From Candidatus Poribacteria bacterium (GTDB taxonomy: Bacteria; Poribacteria; WGA-4E; WGA-3G): a stretch of 64,000 nucleotides of DNA. Position numbers and translations under genes: made by a program. Positions 32,607 through 43,225 of the stretch are shown in pieces. The stretch covers positions 1,664,001-1,728,000 of the forward strand of contig CAXXLX010000001.1 of the NCBI GenBank assembly GCA_963665235.2, written 5' to 3'. The notes under the pieces were generated by a model. It was given only the letters and a program-made list of their open reading frames with translations. It had not been told where the DNA came from and made no database searches. Position 1 is the first letter of the stretch. Every line of letters begins with the position of its first letter.

Positions 32607-33014
32607 ACGCCCCGACTAAGCTCAGAACACAAATAGCCCATGGGCCGCCACAAACCGAGTGATAGCAAGGGTCCCGGAGGCGTGAAAACCTAAATGGCCC
32701 ACTCTGTCTTAGGCATTATATGCCACCGGTATAGGCCCCGACTAAGTTCTGAACACAAATAACCCATGGGCCGCTACAAACCGAGTGATAGCAAGGGTCC
32801 CGGAGGCGTGAAAACCCAAATGGCCCACTCTGTCTTAGGCATTATATGCCCCAGTTATAGGCCCCAACTAAGTTCTGAACACAAATAGTCCATGGGCCGC
32901 TACAAAACAAGTGATAGCAAGGGTCCCGGAGGCGTGAAAACCTAAATGGCCCACTCTATTTTAGGCATTATATGCCACCGGTATAGGCCCCGACTAAGTT
33001 CTGAACACAAATAG
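32607..33014. repeat. 126-bp tandem repeat, ~3.2 copies
   Basis: CCC(G/A)ACTAAG at 32611, 32737, 32863, 32989. Confidence 0.9.
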
Positions 33015-33181
33015 GGCATAATCAACTAAAAACCGGGAGAGCTACATAATAAATTCACGCATAAATACAAAATATTTAAACACCATTTGACAATTTGTTA
33101 ATGGTCCGTTAAAATAAAAATGTGATTTTAGGGATTAGAGACTCTAAACTTGTGAACTCAAAACAGAGATATGGAGACATC

Positions 33182-35476
33182 ATGAATACTAATCATTTTT
33201 TTATAACACTCTTTTTGATTAGCGTCCTTGTTTTGCCAAAAGCTGTTGCCGCGGATGCTGCACACACCGTACTTGAAGGACACACGGATTCGGTATACAA
33301 CGTTGCCTTCAGTCCTGATGGAAACCTGCTGGCAAGTCAAAGTAGAGATGGGACTGTCAATATTTGGAATCCCAACACACGACAATTGTTACGAACCTTA
33401 AACACGAAAGATAGTGGCGGAATAGCGTTTAGTCCGGATGGAAACGTCCTCGCGAGTGGTGCATCAACAGATAAAGTTGTAAATCTGTGGAATCCGAATA
33501 CCGGGGAGCACCTGAATTCCTTCAAAGGACATGAAGCTGACGTGAATAGGGTCATATTTAGGCCCGATGGGGATGTTCTGGCAAGTGGAAGTTCGGACGG
33601 TAAAGTACATCTTTGGGACCCCGAAACAGGCGAACTTTTACGAATTTTGAATACCAATAAGCTTGCCGGATTAGCTTTCAGTGCTGATAGTCGTATCCTT
33701 GCTAACGGAAGCTGGGAGGGAGCACTCGTTAAAATCTGGAATCCTGAAACAGGACAACCGCTACACACCCTTAAACCAGCTGTCGATGTGGTCTTTGATG
33801 TCGCGTTTAGTCCTAATGAAAATATATTGGCAAGTTCCGGGTGGAGTGGAATTGACTTATGGGCTGCCGATACAGGAGAACACCTGCTCCCTTTTCCAAC
33901 AGACAGCGGACGGTTTTTATTATCCATTGCCTTTAGTCCGGATGGACGACTCCTTGCATGTGGACAGGATAACAAGACAATAACCTTGTGGGATGCAGAC
34001 AGGGGGATGTTATTGCATACACTACGCGGACACGCCGGTGATACTAGAGATAGTGACACAGCCTACGTTCGTGACGTCGCGTTTAGTCCGGATGGACAAT
34101 TCCTCGCAAGTGCAGGCGGTGATAAAACTGTACGTCTCTGGGAAATTACACCCCCAGATGAAATTTTACCACCGAAGTTTCCTGAAGGTCTAATCGGCCC
34201 GAACGTCAAAACATGGACCGAGGATTTCAACGACGGTAATCTCGATTCATGGACGAAACGGGAACACCAACGTGAAAGAGTCACATGGGAGGCAAAAAAC
34301 GGACGGCTGGACGTACAGACCCAACCCTTCTGCAACGGACGATTGAACATCTATAACATGTTGGCACATAACACCAATTACACGCTCGATTTTACCGCCT
34401 TTCCTATTGAAGAGGCGCAATTACGTGTTAAACTGAAAGTGCTCGATACAGAAAACGCGAATGCTGGAATTTTTATAGGCAAACAACCGGACAGTTTATT
34501 TGATAAGGTATTCCAACATGCATATCTATTCGCAAATCATACAATCGGGGGACCAGATAATTGGGGAAACAGTGGGGTGCCGACGATTGGTGTAAACCTA
34601 ACAGAAATTGATGTTGTGTTCGACCGTGGGCACTTCCATCTCTATTCTGAAGGGAAATTTATCGTTGACTTCCAAACCAGCCTCAAAACGATAGATTACG
34701 TGGGTATAGTCGTTTTTCCCAAAAGATGCGGGGGCAAAGCTGCGGTGACACTGGACGATTTCGAAATCTCCGGGCCATCCATTTCCGCTGTTAAAGTCCC
34801 AAAACCGGAACCTGAGGATAAAATAGAAGATGAACCGATTGAAATAGAGGGTGTCTGGGTTGAGGATTTCAGTGATGGAAAACTTGATGCATGGACAGAG
34901 TCTAAACATCAGCAGGAAGATAAAAGAGACACTTGGCAAGCAAAAAATGGACTGCTGGATGTGTGGATTCAACCACTTCCTGACCATGCACTCATACAGA
35001 CATATCAGTTGGAATTTACCGGTCTTCCTATTAAGGCAGAAAAACTTCGCGTTAGGGTTGACGTGCTTGAAGCACATCATGCAAACGTCGGTATTCTCAT
35101 CGGACAACGCGACTTAAATGGGTTTTTACATAGGCGGACCTATAAAATCCTTCATAAGAGTATATGGGGTCCAATAGCGTTCCAAGGTCAAAATCCAGCG
35201 GGCGGGTATGAAAATCTAAAGGACATAGAGATTGTCTTCGATAAGGGGCATTTTGAACTGTTATCTGAGGGAGAGCATATCCTAGAGTTTAATGAACCTA
35301 ATCTGCCCTTTGTTGATTGTCTCGGCATCGTTGCCTATACGACTGAAGTACCGCTTGCCCATTTTGTTATGGATAATTTCATCGTTTTGGAAAGCACTGC
35401 CCCAATACCGGAAGTCCTGAATGTCCGTGCTAAGGACAAGGCCGCTATCTTATGGGGAGAATTGAAACAGCAATAA
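33182..35476 (+). CDS. Secreted WD40-repeat protein with two tandem beta-sandwich-like domains and Poribacteria-type C-terminal tail
   Basis: Signal peptide; 'GHTDSVYNVAFSPDG..LAS..D.TV.IW' repeats; duplicated 'W.EDF.DG.LD.WT' domains; tail 'VRAKDKAAILWGELK'. Confidence 0.88.
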   Translation: MNTNHFFITLFLISVLVLPKAVAADAAHTVLEGHTDSVYNVAFSPDGNLLASQSRDGTVNIWNPNTRQLLRTLNTKDSGGIAFSPDGNVLASGASTDKVVNLWNPNTGEHLNSFKGHEADVNRVIFRPDGDVLASGSSDGKVHLWDPETGELLRILNTNKLAGLAFSADSRILANGSWEGALVKIWNPETGQPLHTLKPAVDVVFDVAFSPNENILASSGWSGIDLWAADTGEHLLPFPTDSGRFLLSIAFSPDGRLLACGQDNKTITLWDADRGMLLHTLRGHAGDTRDSDTAYVRDVAFSPDGQFLASAGGDKTVRLWEITPPDEILPPKFPEGLIGPNVKTWTEDFNDGNLDSWTKREHQRERVTWEAKNGRLDVQTQPFCNGRLNIYNMLAHNTNYTLDFTAFPIEEAQLRVKLKVLDTENANAGIFIGKQPDSLFDKVFQHAYLFANHTIGGPDNWGNSGVPTIGVNLTEIDVVFDRGHFHLYSEGKFIVDFQTSLKTIDYVGIVVFPKRCGGKAAVTLDDFEISGPSISAVKVPKPEPEDKIEDEPIEIEGVWVEDFSDGKLDAWTESKHQQEDKRDTWQAKNGLLDVWIQPLPDHALIQTYQLEFTGLPIKAEKLRVRVDVLEAHHANVGILIGQRDLNGFLHRRTYKILHKSIWGPIAFQGQNPAGGYENLKDIEIVFDKGHFELLSEGEHILEFNEPNLPFVDCLGIVAYTTEVPLAHFVMDNFIVLESTAPIPEVLNVRAKDKAAILWGELKQQ

Positions 35477-35565
35477 ACCCCTGAATGACGCGTCCGCATG
35501 GTCCTTCGTAACTGTAATAGGCGTAGGACGGACGCAGCGCGTTGATAAGTCCCCAGGATAATCGG

Positions 35566-36018
35566 ATTTAGCGGGTATAGCGGGCGAGGAAACCTCGCCC
35601 CTACGAAGCTAACGCATCTTGATACCGTAGGGTCGGGGTCCCCCCGCCCTATTAGCTGACTTTATCAACTTGGATTCGGTTGTGTTTTCCAGCGATTGTG
35701 GAGCCATAACCACTGTTCCGGATATTTGTGAATATACGTTTCCAACTGTTTCAGCAGACGCGTCGTATAGATTTCAACATCTCGCTCAACTCAAATTTAG
35801 CGGGTATAGCGGGCGAGGAAACCTCGCCCCTACGAAGCTAACGGAGCTTGATACCGTAGGGTCGGGGTCCCCCCGCCCTATTAGCTGGCTTTATCAACTC
35901 GGATTCGGTTATGTTTTCCAGCGATTGTGGAGCCATAACCACTGTTCCGGATATTTGTGAATATACGTTTCCAACTGTTTCAGCAGACGCGTCGTATGGA
36001 TTTCAACATCTCGCTCAA
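35566..36018. repeat. 229-bp tandem duplication covering REP hairpins and the acyltransferase 3' end
   Basis: ATTTAGCGGGTATAGC at 35566 and 35795; a family C-like end at 35524. Confidence 0.85.
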
Positions 36019-36802
36019 AGTTATCCGAGGGTTCCAGGAACATAGGGGGCGAGATATAGACATGATGCCGGTCATCTGGTTGTCGGATGTCCAGGGAAAA
36101 GAGAATCGGCGCGCCCGTTTTCAAGGCGAGGGTAACAGGGCCACGCGGCGTAGAAGCAGGTTTACCGAAAAAATTGATGAACACCCCCTCCGGCCCAGCA
36201 TTCTGATCGGCGAAGAATCCAACTGCGTCGTTGTTTTTAAGGGCGCGTAGGGTTTGACGAATTGCCCCCCTACGCGGAATCAATTTCAAACTTAGATGTT
36301 CCCGATATTGCGAAATATAGGTATTGAGTTGCACATTTTTCAGCGGAAAGGCAATCGCTTTCGCCCGGTTCGGAATAAGCGCGCCGTAAACAACAGAGAG
36401 CAGCTCCCAATTTCCAAAGTGAGGTAGGAACACAATTGCACCTTTTCCTTTCGCCAAGGCAGCGTGGATATTTTCTCCCCCCTCCACGTTGATTTCATCC
36501 CAGATATTCTCTGCACTCAATTTCGGGAAACGGAGAAACTCAATACCAGTTTTACCGAGATTGATAAAGCACATCTTACAAATTTCTTCGCGCTGTGCCG
36601 CGGTTAGGTCGTTACCGAATGCAATCTCTAAATTGTGTAGTGCAATCTGCCGCCGTTTTTTGAGGGTTCGATACAGCAATTTACCGATGTCCCGGCCAAG
36701 TTGCATCCCCCATTTTTTCGGGAGACCCCGGCAGACCCAACCGAAAATAGCGACGAGTCTATAAACAACGCTGTCTATCCATTTGTTACGCTTCGTACGC
36801 AT
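35909..36802 (-). CDS. Lipid A biosynthesis acyltransferase (LpxL/HtrB family)
   Basis: 'HFGNWE', 'DQNAG', 'FFGKPA', 'PEQWLWLHNRWK'. Confidence 0.9.
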   Translation of the reverse strand: MRTKRNKWIDSVVYRLVAIFGWVCRGLPKKWGMQLGRDIGKLLYRTLKKRRQIALHNLEIAFGNDLTAAQREEICKMCFINLGKTGIEFLRFPKLSAENIWDEINVEGGENIHAALAKGKGAIVFLPHFGNWELLSVVYGALIPNRAKAIAFPLKNVQLNTYISQYREHLSLKLIPRRGAIRQTLRALKNNDAVGFFADQNAGPEGVFINFFGKPASTPRGPVTLALKTGAPILFSLDIRQPDDRHHVYISPPMFLEPSDNFERDVEIHTTRLLKQLETYIHKYPEQWLWLHNRWKT

Positions 36803-36823
36803 CAGGCATCTCCGAATTGACTA

Positions 36824-36946
36824 ATTGGCTGTTGGCTATTGGCTGTTGGCTGGTAGCAAAAGGAAGAGGACACTGACGCGCATCAGAAACCTACTTAGAA
36901 TCACAAAATCTTGCTAATTGCTAATTGCCAATCGCTAATCGCCAAT
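36824..36946. repeat. Heptamer tandem tracts in inverted arrangement
   Basis: (TGGCTRT)n at ~36825-36855 and (GCYAATY)n at ~36913-36946. Confidence 0.55.
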
Positions 36947-37053
36947 CTAGTATATCATGCATGCCGACAGAAAACAATTTATTTTTTCTCTTGACATCTG
37001 CTGGGAATTACTATAGCATATAGTCACATTCCGAGGACAAAAGGAGAAAAGTA

Positions 37054-38055
37054 ATGAATGTATCAGATAACACAGCGAGTACGCCCGATGACAAAACACC
37101 GCTGCAACCGATGAAACCGACCGACATTCTGGACGCAATGTTTAGTCTGTATCTGCGGCATTTTCGGCTGTTTTTGGGAATATCAGCAGTTTATTTTGTG
37201 GCAATGCTAGTCTTCAATTTTACTTTATTCGGCTGGATTTTCTACACCCTTAGTAACACCCCATTAGGATTAGGGCACGCATCAGCAAGGTGGGGGACAG
37301 CAATAGTCATTCTATTCGTGATTGTAGTTCCTACAATAGTTTTCGTCACCTTGTTAGTTACCGGGGGGCTTATCTTCGCGAGTGCGCGGTGCTATTTAGG
37401 GGAACAGACCACATTCAGCGTTGCCTTACAGCACGTCCTCAGGCGGTTTTTTCCCTACTTTGGCAGCAGTCTCCTCTGGGGATTGGCTGTCGGAGCGTTC
37501 CCGTTTGCCATCTATCTTGCTGTCAGCCTCCTCTGGGGACTGATTGTCGGTGTGTTAGCGACTACACTTATCGGTATACCGTTTGCCATCTATTTCGCTG
37601 TGCTTTGGTATTTCTATAGCGTGGCTGTTCTAGTAGAGGACAAACCAATAATGCAGTCATTCCGCCGAAGCAAGGAATTAGTCAAGGGGACGTGGTGGCG
37701 TGTCTTCGGTATTTTGTTAGCGATTTATCTGCTCATTTTCATGGTTAACTTTATCCTAAACGGGTCTTTGGGATTAATCCTTTCGTTGGTAGGAGGTGCG
37801 CAGGGTGTGGATATTCTGGAATTGATGAGGCAGATTTTTTTGGGGGGAACTTCTATCGAATCTTCTAATATCTTACTTTTTTCCCTAATTCGGAATTTCA
37901 TCAATTTAGCTGTTACAACCTTTTTGCTACCGTTGGGTATCATCGGTACCGTTCTCCTCTACTACGATTTGCGAATTCGGAAGGAGGGGTTTGATATTGA
38001 GAGAATGGCGACACATGTAGATACGGAGCAAGAAACCCCCGTTAATGGAGTATAA
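37054..38055 (+). CDS. Integral membrane protein (GDPD membrane-anchor-like)
   Basis: 'DILDAMFSLY', 'SFRRSKELVKGTWWRVFG', 'YYDLRIRKEGFD'. Confidence 0.7.
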   Translation: MNVSDNTASTPDDKTPLQPMKPTDILDAMFSLYLRHFRLFLGISAVYFVAMLVFNFTLFGWIFYTLSNTPLGLGHASARWGTAIVILFVIVVPTIVFVTLLVTGGLIFASARCYLGEQTTFSVALQHVLRRFFPYFGSSLLWGLAVGAFPFAIYLAVSLLWGLIVGVLATTLIGIPFAIYFAVLWYFYSVAVLVEDKPIMQSFRRSKELVKGTWWRVFGILLAIYLLIFMVNFILNGSLGLILSLVGGAQGVDILELMRQIFLGGTSIESSNILLFSLIRNFINLAVTTFLLPLGIIGTVLLYYDLRIRKEGFDIERMATHVDTEQETPVNGV

Positions 38056-38060
38056 TCAAA

Positions 38061-39092
38061 ATGTCAAATGGATTGTTTTCGCGTATTATGACACCGTGTG
38101 TCCTTATTTTATTCGGGATTACGGCAATTCACACCCTCTATGTTTGTAAACGTAATTCCGACGCGTCGTGGGGGTTTGACACGGTATACGGTCTTTCTCC
38201 GAAGGAAACCTCTAAACCTGAAAAGGGAATGTGGGGGCGGTCCGCTGATCTTCGCCTATCGCAGATGAACACCGTAAACGGTGTTACCTGGGGCTGGTTT
38301 CTACAGGTTCCGTGGCAGCATTTCGGTTTCCTGTGGATAGCGATGGGACCGCTTAGCTTGGCAATAGCGGCACGGCAGCGCGGCCTAGACATAACAGGAG
38401 ACGAAGCATGGCGAATCACATTCCGAAGAATTTGGCACCTTCTCGGCACATATCTGTTTTTATTTGTCCTCAGCCTTCTATTAATCACTCTCTTTTCTAT
38501 AATCGCTTATGGAACGGGAATCATTGAGAACATGACGATATTTCTAATCTTCCTGGGGCTCCTCGGCGCGGTTATAATCTATTTTATGGTGAAGTGGAGC
38601 TTTCACAACCAAACCATCGTCCTTGAGAATTTACCGATAATTCCAGCTTTCCGCCGAAGTAGTGAACTCGTCCGGGGGGTATGGCTAAAGGTTTTCGGTG
38701 TTTACGCGATTGTGATTTGGTTAACCCAGAGAATCATCGCCGTTTCACTAGCAGTAATGGCGTTGCTACTTTCCGGTATCGTCCCTGAATTTGAGCATGT
38801 GGGTCAGGAATTGCAGTCGGGAGAGTTCATTACACTCCTTGTTGGCGGTTATGCTGGAATAACTTTATGGGGTACCCCAAGCTTCTCAGTGGTTTTACTG
38901 ATGGCAACGGTAAGAATGGTCATAAATGCTCTAGTGTTGCCTATTTTGGCGGTTTTTACGATGCGTCTCTATCTGAAACAGGTGGAACGTGGCGGTGCAC
39001 CCCCTATCCCTACTGAAACGGAAGAGGAAAACTTCAATGAAAACGTCGATACTTCTTTGCCTGATGGTCTGTTTTATAGCAGTGTCCGCTGA
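38061..39092 (+). CDS. Paralogous integral membrane protein
   Basis: 'AFRRSSELVRGVWLKVFG' motif shared with the upstream gene. Confidence 0.65.
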   Translation: MSNGLFSRIMTPCVLILFGITAIHTLYVCKRNSDASWGFDTVYGLSPKETSKPEKGMWGRSADLRLSQMNTVNGVTWGWFLQVPWQHFGFLWIAMGPLSLAIAARQRGLDITGDEAWRITFRRIWHLLGTYLFLFVLSLLLITLFSIIAYGTGIIENMTIFLIFLGLLGAVIIYFMVKWSFHNQTIVLENLPIIPAFRRSSELVRGVWLKVFGVYAIVIWLTQRIIAVSLAVMALLLSGIVPEFEHVGQELQSGEFITLLVGGYAGITLWGTPSFSVVLLMATVRMVINALVLPILAVFTMRLYLKQVERGGAPPIPTETEEENFNENVDTSLPDGLFYSSVR

Positions 39093-39687
39093 AGGGTTGG
39101 CAAGAACCGAGGGGCAGAAATTTCGGGAGGAGCTGGCTGAACAACGGGGCGAGATGCCTGTCTCCTACGAAAAATATAGGGAATTTTTGGAAGAACGTTT
39201 TGACTCCAAACCCGCCTCGCGTCGGAATAGCTCTTGGGGTGATAGCTTAAAATATCTCCTGCTAATACTTGGCATTCTTGCATTGAGCGCGGCAGTCCTC
39301 TTCTTTATCAGGCAAATTCGGATGAACCTGATTACAGAGGCACATGAGGCAGCCCCCGAATCTGAAGTAGCAGATGTGCACACAGAAAAGGTAGCACTCG
39401 CGCGGGCAGAAACAGCTGTAGCAGCTAGCGATTTTCGGGGAGCACTCCGATTCCTCTATCTCTCCGCGGTTTTAAACCTCCAAGAACGAGGGTTACTCCC
39501 GTATGATAGAAGCTTGACGAACCGAGAATATCTCCGCCATGCACAAACGAACCTTAACTTACAAGATAACCTGCGTCCTATAATTACAGTTTTCGACGAG
39601 GTCTGGTACGGACACAAACCTTGCGATGCGAAAACCGTCGCTGATTACAGAGCCCTATTGCAAAAGGTGTATGCAGCGGAGGGTTAG
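39037..39687 (+). CDS. DUF4129 domain protein
   Basis: 'FRGALRFLY', 'TNREYL', 'FDEVWYG'. Confidence 0.8.
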   Translation: MKTSILLCLMVCFIAVSAEGLARTEGQKFREELAEQRGEMPVSYEKYREFLEERFDSKPASRRNSSWGDSLKYLLLILGILALSAAVLFFIRQIRMNLITEAHEAAPESEVADVHTEKVALARAETAVAASDFRGALRFLYLSAVLNLQERGLLPYDRSLTNREYLRHAQTNLNLQDNLRPIITVFDEVWYGHKPCDAKTVADYRALLQKVYAAEG

Positions 39688-39727
39688 GGAGGTTCGCAAG
39701 ATTCCATAGCAGGCGAGCGGAGGTCCT

Positions 39728-40864
39728 ATGATTCGATATTTTATCTTCAGCGTGCTCCTGGGTGGGGTGCTTGCTTTTTCTCAGATTTCCTGCGATTCCT
39801 CTGAAAATAGGAGCCTGCTTCATCAGGTCCTGCGTCAGTTGAAGTTCCGCGTCACAGAAATATCGCCAGAATATCCTATCCGACCGAATAGATTTGATGT
39901 GCTGTTTTTGCAAGACCTCAACGAACCCCTTACTGAAAAGGAGCGCGATCAGATTCATAAATTCGTTCAAAACGGTGGGACCTTAATTGTAGCAGCGGAC
40001 AGTTTGAAACTTGATAATCTCTTTAGGGATTATCAGATAGCACTGCGCAGCTCACCCAGCTATATAAAATCTGCGCGACGCATGCCAAACAAACCGTTTT
40101 TTTCGTTGCTGCCGGTCGATAACATTCGTGCCCATACCCGTTTTGTTATTGACCCCCTAGAACGGGAAGTGGCACCTCTCTACGGGGAATCGGACAGGTC
40201 CGTGATGATAACGTTTGGTGAAGGGGCGGGCCGTGCTTATTTCATCTCGTCCACCTATCTTTTTGGGGATTCCGGGCTGCGAAATTATCCAAATGCTAGA
40301 CTCCTTTACAACTTGATGTCGACGTTTCCTCACAAAGCGCATATCGGGTTGAGCGAAGCACAAGATCATTACTTCCCCCCTCGGTCAGAACAGAATAGGG
40401 GGAACTTCATGGCACTTCTGTTTAAAACACCAGTGGGTCTGGGGATTATTTACACCTGCCTTGCGCTCTTTATTTTTCTGACCCTGCGCGGCCGGCGATT
40501 CGGCAAACCGTTGCACGTCCAGGAAAAAAACAGGCGGCTCAGCGCGGAATATGTCCTCGCTATGACTGCCTTGTATCAGAAGGGAAACACCCGCATGGAA
40601 ATTTTGAAGCAGCTCCGCGATAAATTCAAACATGACCTATCAGAGCGATGGCGTGTCAATCCTAATTTAGGAACAGCTGCGTTTATAGATGAATTGGGAC
40701 AGCGCGGTGCGATAGATGAATTGGGACAGATTTCAAATCTACTCACAGAACTTGAAACGAAACGGGATATTTCGGAGGCACAGCTCCTTGAAATTGCACA
40801 ACGCGTTGAAACATATTGCGAAACACAGCGAATTGGTAGGACAAAATTTACAACAGAAACCTAA
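39728..40864 (+). CDS. DUF4350-like protein
   Basis: 'FVQNGGTLIVA', 'GRRFGKP', 'EYVLAMTALY'; position upstream of moxR. Confidence 0.7.
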   Translation: MIRYFIFSVLLGGVLAFSQISCDSSENRSLLHQVLRQLKFRVTEISPEYPIRPNRFDVLFLQDLNEPLTEKERDQIHKFVQNGGTLIVAADSLKLDNLFRDYQIALRSSPSYIKSARRMPNKPFFSLLPVDNIRAHTRFVIDPLEREVAPLYGESDRSVMITFGEGAGRAYFISSTYLFGDSGLRNYPNARLLYNLMSTFPHKAHIGLSEAQDHYFPPRSEQNRGNFMALLFKTPVGLGIIYTCLALFIFLTLRGRRFGKPLHVQEKNRRLSAEYVLAMTALYQKGNTRMEILKQLRDKFKHDLSERWRVNPNLGTAAFIDELGQRGAIDELGQISNLLTELETKRDISEAQLLEIAQRVETYCETQRIGRTKFTTET

Positions 40865-40883
40865 AAATCTTTAGAGAGGAAAA

Positions 40884-41837
40884 ATGGATAATTTGGTTCA
40901 AACCGTTTTTGACAAAATGAAGCAGGAGGCTCAAAAGATAATCGTTGGGCAGGAAGAGATTTTTGAATTGGTAGTAGTCAGCTTCTTTTCAGGCGGACAT
41001 GTCTTGCTGGAAGGTGTCCCCGGGACTGCCAAGACGTTAATCGCCAAAACGTTGGCATTGGTCATATCGGGGGAATTCAGCCGGGTGCAATTTACGCCGG
41101 ACCTCATGCCATCCGATATTGTCGGCACGAGCGTTTACGATTTGACGACGAACCAATTCGACCTCAAACGCGGGCCTGTTTTCACCAATGTACTGCTTGC
41201 TGATGAAATTAACCGTGCCCCTGCAAAAACTCAATCCGCGCTATTGGAATGTATGGAGGAACGGCAGGTCAGCATTGATGGGACCCGCCATCAATTGCCG
41301 CTCCCGTTTATCGTGTTGGCAACGCAAAATCCTATAGAATATGAAGGCACCTATCCGCTCCCTGAAGCACAACTCGATCGGTTTTTGTTTAAATTGCGCG
41401 TTGGTTATCCGGGGCAGGAAGCGGAGACGCAGCTTCTGATGAACTATCATCAAGGTTTCAATGCCGCCCGTTTAGAAGCAATAGGCGTTGAAAGTGTCGT
41501 TGATAGTGCGCTGCTTGAGCAGTGTCAAACGTTTATCCAATCGGTTACGGTGGAAGATTCCATTTTTAACTATATTGTGAGTTTAGCAGAGGCATCGCGT
41601 ACCTCTCATGAATTGGTTTTAGGCGGCAGTCCACGTGCATCCATCGCGCTGTTGTTGGCAAGTAAAACCTATGCGGCTTTGCAAGGTCGAGATTACATTT
41701 TGCCGGATGATGTTAAACTCCTCGCGCCCCATGTGTATCGCCATCGGATTCTGTTGAAACCTGATGCCGAAATTGAAGGGTTATCCGCCGATGATATCAT
41801 CGACAGATTGCTCGCCGAAGTAGAAATACCGCGCTAG
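40884..41837 (+). CDS. moxR: MoxR family AAA+ ATPase
   Basis: '[11 protein letters not shown]', '[10 protein letters not shown]', 'DEINRA', '[14 protein letters not shown]'. Confidence 0.95.
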   Translation: MDNLVQTVFDKMKQEAQKIIVGQEEIFELVVVSFFSGGHVLLEGVPGTAKTLIAKTLALVISGEFSRVQFTPDLMPSDIVGTSVYDLTTNQFDLKRGPVFTNVLLADEINRAPAKTQSALLECMEERQVSIDGTRHQLPLPFIVLATQNPIEYEGTYPLPEAQLDRFLFKLRVGYPGQEAETQLLMNYHQGFNAARLEAIGVESVVDSALLEQCQTFIQSVTVEDSIFNYIVSLAEASRTSHELVLGGSPRASIALLLASKTYAALQGRDYILPDDVKLLAPHVYRHRILLKPDAEIEGLSADDIIDRLLAEVEIPR

Positions 41838-41857
41838 TGTTCTAATGGAGTGCTCTC

Positions 41858-43219
41858 ATGCAACTAAGCAATCGCCTTTTCCTGTTTTTACTGCCAGTAG
41901 CAATTCCGATTATGCTCTACAACGTCTCTCCGAACCTATTGTACGTTGGTGGCGGTTATCTGCTGCTGCTATTTATCGTTTGCGTTGTAGATTACACGAC
42001 GAATCCCCTATCTACAAAAATTGAGGTTAGGCGCGAGATGAACTCTAAGTTCTCGTTAGGTGTAGAAAACCGCGTGACACTAAAGGTTGTGAACCGTTCC
42101 GACTATGCGTTAAGGTTACGTCTCAAGGATGATTTTCCCGACGCGTTTGGATTTGCGGAGCTCATCCACGACTGCCGCGTCGCGCCTTCAAGCGAAGAGG
42201 CTATCTTGTATTCGCTCACCCCGTTGCGCCGTGGACTTTACCAATTTGGGGACATTCATCTGCGGTGTTGGGGCATTTTAGGACTGATAATCCGGCAACG
42301 GCGGGTTGACGCGGAAACGGACGTGAAGGTCTATCCGAATCTGCAAGCAGTCAGGCAGTATGAGCTTTTAGTCAAACGTGGCATGCTCCACCAGCTCGGT
42401 CTTAAAAATTCACGTCAATTTGGGGAAGGGACAGAGATGGAACGGTTACGGGAGTATTATCCTGACGACGATTTTCGCCGCATCGACTGGAAGGCAACAG
42501 CACGACATCGAAAACCAATCGTTCGGGAATTTGAGACAGAACGGAGCCAAGATGTCATTATCATGTTAGACACTGGAAGACTCATGGCCTCCCCGATTTT
42601 GTTGGAAGAGGTTACAGAAGCATCGGCAGCACAAAATCAGAACACCCAAAAGGCGATGATTAAACTTGACTACGCTATCAATACAACCCTTATGACCAGC
42701 TATGTCTCAACGCTCAAGGGGGATAAGGTTGGGCTTATCGCTTTCGCGGATAATGTCCACCAATACCTCGCCCCGAAGGCAGGTAAGAAACAATTTTTGA
42801 CGATGTTAGAAACGATTTATGCTCTACAGGTTTACCCCGTTGAACCCGATTTTGAGACAGCGTTTAAATACCTCGCTACAAAACAGCGAAAACGTGCATT
42901 CATTCTCCTTTTCACAGACATCTTGGATAAAGATTCGGCTGAGGGAATAGCGACTTACGTGGGAACGCTTTCTAAACATCACCTCGTCGCTTGTGTAACG
43001 TTGACAGACTCCAGTATCGTGGCGTTAGCTGAACAGCAGGTTACCAATTCTCAAAAGGTCTATCAGAAAGCAATTGCCGAGAAATTATTGGCGGAGAAGC
43101 ATGCAACGTTAGAAATCCTTCGCAGGCAGGGCATTATTACTATTGACGTACCCGCGCACCAATTGACGATGGCAGTTGTGAATAAATACTTGGAACTCAA
43201 AGCAAAGTCTAAAATTTGA
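41858..43219 (+). CDS. DUF58 (vWA-like) protein
   Basis: 'LREYYPDDDFRRIDWKATAR', 'LDTGRLM'. Confidence 0.9.
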   Translation: MQLSNRLFLFLLPVAIPIMLYNVSPNLLYVGGGYLLLLFIVCVVDYTTNPLSTKIEVRREMNSKFSLGVENRVTLKVVNRSDYALRLRLKDDFPDAFGFAELIHDCRVAPSSEEAILYSLTPLRRGLYQFGDIHLRCWGILGLIIRQRRVDAETDVKVYPNLQAVRQYELLVKRGMLHQLGLKNSRQFGEGTEMERLREYYPDDDFRRIDWKATARHRKPIVREFETERSQDVIIMLDTGRLMASPILLEEVTEASAAQNQNTQKAMIKLDYAINTTLMTSYVSTLKGDKVGLIAFADNVHQYLAPKAGKKQFLTMLETIYALQVYPVEPDFETAFKYLATKQRKRAFILLFTDILDKDSAEGIATYVGTLSKHHLVACVTLTDSSIVALAEQQVTNSQKVYQKAIAEKLLAEKHATLEILRRQGIITIDVPAHQLTMAVVNKYLELKAKSKI

Positions 43220-43225
43220 TAGCTG

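Noticed and set aside
25188-32668. Many ORFs with FLFQTGSIK / FYSKLVRLK / LLIEPVWNRN repeats
   Set aside because: Translations of the CRISPR repeat, not genes
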